From IMG/VR virus record IMGVR_UViG_3300046471_000229: 64,000 nt of DNA. The stretch is one strand, 5' to 3'. This stretch comes from an uncultured virus (IMG/VR IMGVR_UViG_3300046471_000229). Its lineage: Duplodnaviria > Heunggongvirae > Uroviricota > Caudoviricetes. A program made the translations under genes and the position numbers. How positions within the stretch are numbered: the stretch's first letter is position 1; each line of letters opens with the position of its first letter. The notes beneath the pieces are model-generated. The model had not been told where the DNA came from, did not search any database, and worked only from the letters and a program-made list of their open reading frames with translations. This document shows, piece after piece, positions 29,783 through 37,033 of the stretch.

Positions 29783-30846
29783 GTCCTCCACCGCCAAGGT
29801 GGTTTTGAAATGAATTTACCAACCAGGGTCAACTCAAGGTTTGTTCTCCACCTTGTGGGTGGTTTTGAATGATTAGCGGTTAAGTACTAGCTGCACAGCT
29901 GTTCACCACCTGCGGGTGGTTTAGAAATACAACGTGGTACCGACCCTTGTGAGCGCAGCGTTGACCAACGTCCAGGTGGTTTTTATAAGGATTGGCACGA
30001 CCCTGACGTCCCCCACCCTGAGGGTGGTTTTGAAAGCCGTTGGATGGCAGCTTGGCATTTACCACATTGAGGTGGTTTTGACACAGAAAGATCAAGCGGA
30101 CATTGGTTCTCCACCGTTCAGGTGGTTTTGAAAACTGGATAAATGACTTAACCACCTGCTTGGTGGTTTTGACACAGGAAGATCATGCGGTCAGTAGTTC
30201 TCCACCGACCTGGTGGTTTTGAGATCTATAAAAATGAAATTTTTCACCACTTTCGCTGTGGTTGTGAAATATCGTATTGCCCCGCGTCCATGGTGGCATG
30301 CATTCACCACTGCTGAGGTGGTTTGTGAAAAGACTGTAGGTACTGTCGTCCACCCTTGTGGTGGTTTTGATATTGCTAATGGCCATAGGCTTCATCCGTT
30401 TACCACCCACCGGTGGTTTTGAAATCAGCCTGGATACCGTTTGCTGTCCACCCTTGAGTGGTTTCGAAGTCATAGTGCTCCCCACGTGTTCCCCACCCTA
30501 AAGGGTGGTTTTGAAGAAGACTGAACCCAGCTTCCTGTTCTCCACTTTCGAGTGGTTTGGAATCTATATTCTGCGCTCCCGCGTGCCCGATCCCCGATTT
30601 ATCGGGGCTGGGCACGCTCGTTCTTCATCCCCACCGCACTGGTGGTTTAGAAGAAACACAATTCGAGTTCACCACCCTGCGGGTGGTTTGGAAAAACCCC
30701 AGTGAAGACGCGATTCTGTACCATTTGTTCACCACCCTACGGGTGGTTTTGAAGAGACTGTAGCCCGTCGACGCCATTCGCCTCCTCAGGCGACTGTTTC
30801 GAACAATCGGCTCTCCAGCGTCCGCCACCTTCGGGTGGTCTGAGCT
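29783..30846 (+). CRISPR. atypical type I-F CRISPR array, ~20 repeats with variable loops and 13-65 nt spacers
   Basis: consensus GTTCH-CCACC-N(4-6)-GGTGG-TTTTGAAA (27-29 nt), same geometry as the I-F repeat GTTCA-CTGCC-GTATA-GGCAG-CTAAGAAA; repeat starts at 29783, 29843, 29901, 29960, 30008, 30057, 30106, 30147, 30197, 30242, 30302, 30345, 30398, 30443, 30488, 30537, 30626, 30667, 30727, 30820; flanked by cas3 and cas8f. Confidence 0.92.
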
Positions 30847-30980
30847 TTTTCTGCGAAATTGCGGAGTCAATCAGCCAGCTTCCGATGGGTTTTTTACGTT
30901 TGAAGAATGAACCGTGGAGATTCCGTAAACCCTTACGCCGCAACGTTTTTCGCGATTTTTACCCAAACATAATTCAAGTG

Positions 30981-31009
30981 TTGACGAGTCATAACGTATT
31001 GCATATATT
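30981..31009 (+). promoter_or_regulatory. putative sigma70 promoter of the cas8f-cas6f operon
   Basis: TTGACG-N17-TATATT followed by GCCGCCCCATC. Confidence 0.7.
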
Positions 31010-31041
31010 GCCGCCCCATCACGACTAACGATGCACACAAA

Positions 31042-32142
31042 ATGACAAAAGAATCAGCGACAGCCGAAGCTGCAGATATCAAGGAGTGGAAAAGCCATCC
31101 TCTGGATGACTACTCCACAGCCATCGAAAAGCTTGTGCACCACTCGTTCAAAACTGTGAACACCAATGCTGAAGCCGGTGGCGTCCGGATCGCTAAAACG
31201 AACGGCACCAAACTGCCCTACGTTGGCGTGCGCACTCTGCTGGGCCACGGCATCGATGTCCTGATGGATCGCTACGAAGGCGCTGCGACCTCTCGGATCT
31301 ACTCCCAGATCAGTGAAGTTGCCCAGGGCCGTGTTGAAGGCGTTCCACCCCTGGAACTTGCTCATATCCAGCAATCCCTGGATCTGATCAAATCCAGGAG
31401 CCTGGTGCAGAGCCGGCAGATCTCGCCACGTGTGCGTCAGATCTTGCTGCCGCGCCCTGATGGTGGCTACCTGAGTGTTACGCCAATCTCTGCTGCCGGC
31501 GTTAGCCATCAGCTGAAGTCGTCCGCGCTGGCTCACAACCAGATGATCCATGAGCTTCGAAAGGCCAAGGATGAATCGGCTGAAGGCTTCAGGCGCATTA
31601 CGCTCGCCGACTTCCCTATCGGCGGCGCTAAGCCCCTGAACCCTGGCGGCATGGTGTTTTCCATGCGAGCACCTATCGTTGGGAAATTTCCGGCCATGGC
31701 CAGCGAGCGTTCACGCGCCCTTTCGCTGCATTACTACGGCATTCGCAACCTGCGTTTGCCCAAGGGCCTGCAAGCGGAGTACGTGAGCTGGCGCAACAAG
31801 CACAAAGGCATGGTTGAGGCTGATCAAGCTACTCGCACCGAGCATGCCAATTTGATCTCGCGCATGGTTCAGCACCTGCTGCGCTTGGGCTCGGACGCTT
31901 ACGAACTGCTCCAGCAAAATGCCGACAAACTCCCAGGCGGCGTGCTGCTGAGTGCCCAGGTCGGTCACCTTGAAGCTGGCCTGATTGATCCAGATCGTCG
32001 CACGACCAACTGGCGATACGACGCTGGTTCGGCACTTGCCCGGCGCTTCGCAGCGATTGAACGCGACGACACGCGCCAATACGAATATTCGCAAGGCGAG
32101 ATCAATGCGATTGCCGGCCTGGTGAGGAATAGCCTGAAATGA
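31042..32142 (+). CDS. cas8f: type I-F Cascade large subunit Cas8f (Csy1), short and divergent
   Basis: HSFK..NTNA, YVG..TL, RQILLP..DGGYLSVTPI and GGAKPLN correspond to Csy1 motifs; first gene of the operon. Confidence 0.8.
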   Translation: MTKESATAEAADIKEWKSHPLDDYSTAIEKLVHHSFKTVNTNAEAGGVRIAKTNGTKLPYVGVRTLLGHGIDVLMDRYEGAATSRIYSQISEVAQGRVEGVPPLELAHIQQSLDLIKSRSLVQSRQISPRVRQILLPRPDGGYLSVTPISAAGVSHQLKSSALAHNQMIHELRKAKDESAEGFRRITLADFPIGGAKPLNPGGMVFSMRAPIVGKFPAMASERSRALSLHYYGIRNLRLPKGLQAEYVSWRNKHKGMVEADQATRTEHANLISRMVQHLLRLGSDAYELLQQNADKLPGGVLLSAQVGHLEAGLIDPDRRTTNWRYDAGSALARRFAAIERDDTRQYEYSQGEINAIAGLVRNSLK

Positions 32143-32948
32143 GCTACTACCTGATTCTGAAACACCTTAACGTTCGCCATGCCAACGCATTGTCGAGCAA
32201 CTACGCGGTTACGGCGGCGCCCATCATGGCGGTCAACCTCTTTGCCCATGCAATGGGCCTGAAGATCGGTTGCCAGGCAGACGGCGTGGCGATGATCCAC
32301 CACGACGCCAAGTACTTGGCTGAGATGGACTTCCACAGCGGCTATAAGCGGCCTCAGTTCCAGCAGCGCCGCGCCTCAACCTACATCGACAAGAACGACT
32401 ATGTCGGTACCACCATGGCGCTCTCGTTGCAGCCGGTGGCCACCGTTCATTTGAAGATCAGTCTGGTAATCGAGTTTGCGACCAAACCTGACTTGGGCCT
32501 GGTAAAAGAGTTCCTGCATGAGGGTCGTCTTGCTGGCGGTGTAATCGAAAGCTACGCCACCCCGCAGGAATTCCATGAAAGCGATGACAAGCTGTTCGAT
32601 GCCATCCCTGGTAACGGGTTCTGGCTCATCGACCGTCAAGACTTGTTGGTTGGCGAAAACCCTGTGGATCTGCTGGTCAGCGAACTTGGTACTCGGGCGC
32701 AGTCTGACGCAAACGACTCGTGGCTCACTCCGGTTGTGCCGGCTTACGCCTTGACGTCCGAGCCTGCTGAACGTGTTGTGGGTGTCAGGAGCCTCTCAGA
32801 TGGCACCTACCCGGCCCACGCCTACGGCGAGCCACTGATGGGCCTGGCGCAGTACGTTTCAGTTCGTGAATTCGAGGGCGAATCCCTCCCGTTCTGGCGC
32901 AGCCGCTGGATCGACGACACCGTTTTCGCTGTAAGCACAACCTACTAA
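32139..32948 (+). CDS. cas5f: type I-F Cas5f (Csy2)
   Basis: LNVRHANALSS...FAHAM, RLAGGVI, YGEPLMGLAQY; overlaps the cas8f stop. Confidence 0.9.
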   Translation: MSYYLILKHLNVRHANALSSNYAVTAAPIMAVNLFAHAMGLKIGCQADGVAMIHHDAKYLAEMDFHSGYKRPQFQQRRASTYIDKNDYVGTTMALSLQPVATVHLKISLVIEFATKPDLGLVKEFLHEGRLAGGVIESYATPQEFHESDDKLFDAIPGNGFWLIDRQDLLVGENPVDLLVSELGTRAQSDANDSWLTPVVPAYALTSEPAERVVGVRSLSDGTYPAHAYGEPLMGLAQYVSVREFEGESLPFWRSRWIDDTVFAVSTTY

Positions 32949-32968
32949 TTTTTTAGAGAAGACCGACA

Positions 32969-34051
32969 ATGACCACACCGACTATTAAATTTTCGAAACT
33001 CCCAGGCGTCCTGTCTTTTACACGCCGTATCAACGTCACCGACTGCCTGTTCTTCAGTGGCATGCCTGACGGCTCGCTGAAGCCCCTGCTGGTAACCCGC
33101 AGCGGCCTGCGTGGTACGCAGAACATCAACAAGAAGGCCACCGGTGATCGCCAGGAAGTCTCGAACATCCAACTGACCGACTCGGCCAAAACCGATGTTG
33201 AAGCGGCGTCCCTGGTTGTTCAGATGGGCATCGGCTTCTATGCGCTGCAGAATGGCCTGAACTCCTGCGCTCTGTCCAAGACCGACGACGAGTCGTTGCT
33301 GGGTCAGTTCAAGGCCAGCTTTAACGGCTTCCTCGAACGCAGTGCCGGCGCCACCGGGATCTCTGCAGGTCTTCAAGAAGTCGCCAACCGCTATGCCCGA
33401 AACATCGCCAATGGTCGTTGGCTGTGGCGCAATCGTCAGTACGCACAGACCGTCAGTGTGACCGTCCAGTGTGGCGACGACATCATGACTTTCGACGCCC
33501 TGAAGACACCGCTGAACCGCTTCGACAACTACACCGCCGATGAACTTAAACTGGGCGGCTACATCGCCAGCTGCCTGGCCGGCCAGGCCCAACACAAGCT
33601 GACCGTCGGTGCCATCCTGAACTTCGGTGAAGGCATGAACGGCAGCATGGAAGTCTACCCATCTCAGAACTACCTGGGCGGAGACAAGCCAAAAGGCTTC
33701 GCTCGTTCGTTGTACGCGGTCGGTGAGTCCTTCCTGACCCCTGCAACTGACCTGATGGCGCTGCAGTCCAGCCGTATCGTCGGCCAGGCGGCATTGCGTG
33801 ACACCAAGGTGGCCAACGCCTTGCGCACCATGGATACCTGGTACCCTGATTTCGAATCCCACGGCCTGCCAATCTCGGTTGAACCGTGCGGTGCGAACCT
33901 GGACGCTCAAAAGATGTTCCGTGGCAACAAGGAATCGTCCTTCACCTTCATGCGCCAGCTCAATGCCACTGACGTCAACAGCGGCGAAGGCATGTTCATG
34001 ATCGCCTCGCTGATTCGTGGCGGCGTGTACTCCGAGGGTGGTGACAAGTAA
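32969..34051 (+). CDS. cas7f: type I-F Cas7f (Csy3)
   Basis: VLSFTRRI, YARNIANGRWLWRNR, EVYPSQ, KVANALRTMDTWYP, LIRGGVY. Confidence 0.95.
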   Translation: MTTPTIKFSKLPGVLSFTRRINVTDCLFFSGMPDGSLKPLLVTRSGLRGTQNINKKATGDRQEVSNIQLTDSAKTDVEAASLVVQMGIGFYALQNGLNSCALSKTDDESLLGQFKASFNGFLERSAGATGISAGLQEVANRYARNIANGRWLWRNRQYAQTVSVTVQCGDDIMTFDALKTPLNRFDNYTADELKLGGYIASCLAGQAQHKLTVGAILNFGEGMNGSMEVYPSQNYLGGDKPKGFARSLYAVGESFLTPATDLMALQSSRIVGQAALRDTKVANALRTMDTWYPDFESHGLPISVEPCGANLDAQKMFRGNKESSFTFMRQLNATDVNSGEGMFMIASLIRGGVYSEGGDK

Positions 34052-34602
34052 TGAAGCCCGCCACTTATGTTGACTACACCTTGAAGGTGGCCAACAGGGC
34101 GTCCGTTGCGGAGGTGTCCCAGGGCGCCTCCCTGCTGATGAAGGCACTGCACGCTGGCTTTTCCGAGTACAAGGAGAAGTTCGCGCTAGCCCTGCCGTTC
34201 CTCGACGAGTCCAGCCCTCAGAAGAAGCTGTCCACGTTCCGGGTGTTTGCCCAGAGCATGGAAGATCACGTCATGCTTCACGAATTCATGCAGCGCTCGG
34301 GGTATCTAGACACCTACTTTGTCGCCGGCTTCCCGAAAATGGTGCCAGCGGACTTCGCCGGCACGTACAAGGCCTTCAGCCGCGTGCGGATCAAGTCCCG
34401 AGCCGATGGCGTCAAGCGCCTGAAGAAAATGCTCGAGGTCGAATCCAACGGCAATCCATGGTTCAACGTCCAAAGCCGTGAAAACGGCCACCGGTTCCGG
34501 ATGTACGTCCAGAGCCACGTTGCAGAGGCAGGTAGTGAGGGGGTTCTCAACGGTTACGGGATGTCGCAGGCCGAAAACCTGCAATACCTACCACACCTTT
34601 GA
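34051..34602 (+). CDS. cas6f: type I-F crRNA endoribonuclease Cas6f (Csy4)
   Basis: KALH (catalytic His position), ALP, RVFA, SRENGHRF, NGYGMS glycine loop, LP terminus. Confidence 0.88.
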   Translation: MKPATYVDYTLKVANRASVAEVSQGASLLMKALHAGFSEYKEKFALALPFLDESSPQKKLSTFRVFAQSMEDHVMLHEFMQRSGYLDTYFVAGFPKMVPADFAGTYKAFSRVRIKSRADGVKRLKKMLEVESNGNPWFNVQSRENGHRFRMYVQSHVAEAGSEGVLNGYGMSQAENLQYLPHL

Positions 34603-34610
34603 TAACCGAC

Positions 34611-34634
34611 AAAAAAAGGGGTGCCAAGCACCCC
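34611..34634. terminator. hairpin after cas6f (terminator in minus orientation, or an operator)
   Basis: AAAAAAA-GGGGTGC-CAA-GCACCCC. Confidence 0.5.
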
Positions 34635-34681
34635 GCTCCTATTGGTTTGTAAAAACGCCATAAAGATTCGGAGCCCACCAA

Positions 34682-35242
34682 ATGCCCTACCGTTCTCCAG
34701 CTCTAACATGCCACACCAATGATACCGCCGTCCTGCGCGACTATGTCGAGCGCATCAAGCTCCGCCATGGGATTAGCCAACGTGACCAGGCAGCAGCCCT
34801 TGGCGTAGGCTGGACGACCTATCGTGATTGGCTCAATGGCACTGCGAAGTGGCCAAAAACGGCGCAGATAGCCCTGGAATCTTGGGCGCTTGCGCCGCTG
34901 GAAAACGACGATGACGACATTGCTGCACGGTGCCCGATCAACTTGCTGCTCGATGACGAACGAGCCCTGGTTGCGGCTTGGCGCTGCATACGCGGTGATG
35001 ACAAGATCTACAACCTGCCCTTGCCGTCGACGGTGAACATGTGGCCCGTGGAAATGCTCAAGTGTTTTGCCCGCGATGGTCACCTATACCCGGCATTTCA
35101 GATGGCGGTTAAGGCTGAATTGTATGACTTGGACGGGAACGAGGTACCACTGCCGAAAGTCGGGGCCGAGATGGTGTATCTCGCCGCATACGAATGGTGC
35201 GCACCAGAAGTTTTTAAGCGCCTGACCGAACTGATCGAGTGA
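34682..35242 (+). CDS. HTH regulator with an Aca1-like N-terminal domain and an unknown C-terminal domain
   Basis: GISQRDQAAALGV...P.TAQIALE pattern. Confidence 0.65.
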   Translation: MPYRSPALTCHTNDTAVLRDYVERIKLRHGISQRDQAAALGVGWTTYRDWLNGTAKWPKTAQIALESWALAPLENDDDDIAARCPINLLLDDERALVAAWRCIRGDDKIYNLPLPSTVNMWPVEMLKCFARDGHLYPAFQMAVKAELYDLDGNEVPLPKVGAEMVYLAAYEWCAPEVFKRLTELIE

Positions 35243-35396
35243 TCGTTACCAAATAGTTAACAGCTGATCGGGCGCTTCAAATTCGTATCTGTTTTCTTAC
35301 TGCCTGGATAAAAATCTTGGGCAAAAAAGTTGAGATGGTGCTTGAGGCCGGCTTCTAGGATGAGACAAGAAAGCGTTGGATCTGGTACTGATGCCA

Positions 35397-36017
35397 TCAA
35401 TGAGGTGAGGGAGAGTTCTCAACCACCTTCGGCTTGCTGACCTTGGTCGCGGCGGTTTTTTCCACTTCATCGCCGGCCATGATCATCGACGTCAGCATTT
35501 GAACCTGATTTTCAACCTCAGCCAGCACCTCGGCTTCGGTTTGCGTATGTGCAAACTTGGTCAGCGTGCGCTGCAAATAATCCTTAGGGAAGGTCATCAC
35601 TGGATCCAGGCCCAAAAGCTCGCCGGCTACGCCACCCGCAAAGTCGACACCCGTTTGACCACCGGAGATGACCCTCTCCAACGGCCAGTGCTTATGCACC
35701 AGATCCAGCACCTGGTACATCCACAGGTTGAGGTGTTCCTGGCGCCAGCCATAGTCCTTCAGCGTGTAGATGCCGTTACCCGCGATGTTGAGGACTTTTG
35801 CGCCTCGCTTACGGCATTCCGCGAACACCAGGCGGGCCGCCTCAATCGGCGACAAGCTCAGGTCGATGTGCAGGTATTTGTCGCCTGCGGCGGTCATGGT
35901 CAGTGCTTCGCCCTTGGAGGTGAAATCCTCGGCGAAAGCAACCGTCAGATCAGCCGTTTTGGCGTTGTGATAGGTGCGTGGCGGATAGGTAGCTTTTGTG
36001 TGTGCAACTGCTTTCAT
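35397..36017 (-). CDS. SLOG-family (YpsA/'MoCo carrier'-like) nucleotide-binding protein
   Basis: VISGGQTGVD and VLNIAGN motifs. Confidence 0.65.
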   Translation of the reverse strand: MKAVAHTKATYPPRTYHNAKTADLTVAFAEDFTSKGEALTMTAAGDKYLHIDLSLSPIEAARLVFAECRKRGAKVLNIAGNGIYTLKDYGWRQEHLNLWMYQVLDLVHKHWPLERVISGGQTGVDFAGGVAGELLGLDPVMTFPKDYLQRTLTKFAHTQTEAEVLAEVENQVQMLTSMIMAGDEVEKTAATKVSKPKVVENSPSPH

Positions 36018-36208
36018 GGGTGGCATCCGCCTTTTAGTGTCACTGAGAGATTGTTGAATTTTAACCATAACATTTGAGCTGTATTGACCGCTAGATCAGG
36101 GCTTTCATGGGGCTTCCAGCAGTCGCGTGTCATTGACAATACCTTAACAATCATTAAGATCGCCCTTCGCCGTTTTGCGGGCCCGTCTACCGATACCCAG
36201 AGCTTTAA

Positions 36209-37012
36209 ATGACCAGTCACAACCCAAACGTTCAATTCCTGAGCGCGCCAGAAGATTTGGTTGAACTTGAGCAGTATTGCCCACGCTGCAAGGACTGCTG
36301 GCCATTGACCTCTGAGTTCTGGTGGAAGGACTTGAAGCGACCTAGTGGTTTCTCGCGAAACTGCAAGGCGTGCAAGGCGGATTCCAAGAAAAAGGTTCCA
36401 TGCACCGTTGTCCCGGACACTCCCTCAAAAGCCTGTATCGGCTGCAAGGTGATCAAGCCCGTGACAAAAGCCTGTTGGCACCCTCGTCCAGGCTCTCCAG
36501 ATGGCTTTCGCAACAAGTGCATTGACTGCAATGCCAAAGCGAGGAAGGAACGCCGGGCGATGATCACGGCGTTGGTAGTGCCACCACCCCCAGTGTTTGT
36601 CATCACCCCGGAAACTCTGTTCAAGGTTTGCAGAATCTGTTTCGAGAGTAAGCCAAACGACCTCGCTTTTTGGCACAAGTGTCAACGCTATGGCTTACGT
36701 AGAGACTGCAAGTCATGCCGTAAGCTTGAGGAGACTCGCCGGCGTCGTAAGCTACTTGCACCCCCTGTTGAGCTGGCACCACTTGAAGATCGCATGTATG
36801 GGATCAGGCGCACATATGTGAAAAAAACTGTGGCTCCCAACGTTACGTGCCGTGTGTGCAGGGAATCAAAAGCTTTAACCACAGAATTTTTTCACAGAAA
36901 CAATCAGAGCCCGACCGGCTTCAAACACAAGTGCAAGGTGTGCTGCTCAGCCTATGAGAGAGCATCCAGCAAAAATCGCCGGGACGCCATGGCGGCGCTA
37001 CAGGGAAAATGA
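36209..37012 (+). CDS. protein with four CxxC...CxxC zinc-ribbon repeats
   Basis: CPRC/CKAC, CIGC/CIDC, CRIC/CKSC, CRVC/CKVC. Confidence 0.75.
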   Translation: MTSHNPNVQFLSAPEDLVELEQYCPRCKDCWPLTSEFWWKDLKRPSGFSRNCKACKADSKKKVPCTVVPDTPSKACIGCKVIKPVTKACWHPRPGSPDGFRNKCIDCNAKARKERRAMITALVVPPPPVFVITPETLFKVCRICFESKPNDLAFWHKCQRYGLRRDCKSCRKLEETRRRRKLLAPPVELAPLEDRMYGIRRTYVKKTVAPNVTCRVCRESKALTTEFFHRNNQSPTGFKHKCKVCCSAYERASSKNRRDAMAALQGK

Positions 37013-37033
37013 TGGAACCGGCCAAGCGGGCTG

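Noticed and set aside
29783..30846. Interpretation as a TIGR-type or REP/BIME array
   Set aside because: Unit geometry matches I-F repeats, it is flanked by cas3 and cas8f/5f/7f/6f, and no Nop-domain or RAYT gene is evident.
29596..30943. Short ORFs predicted across the array on both strands
   Set aside because: They are translations of the repeats (recurring KPP, NH, TT and GGF patterns), not credible genes.
32945..34147. 400-aa antisense ORF over cas7f (similarly 41509..42348 over umuC)
   Set aside because: Shadow ORFs arising from codon bias of well-supported genes on the opposite strand.
26844..35242. CRISPR-associated transposon (I-F3) or HNH-fused Cascade
   Set aside because: No tnsA/B/C/tniQ, cas8 and cas5 are separate genes, Cas3 is present, and no HNH motif is seen on Cas8f or Cas5f.
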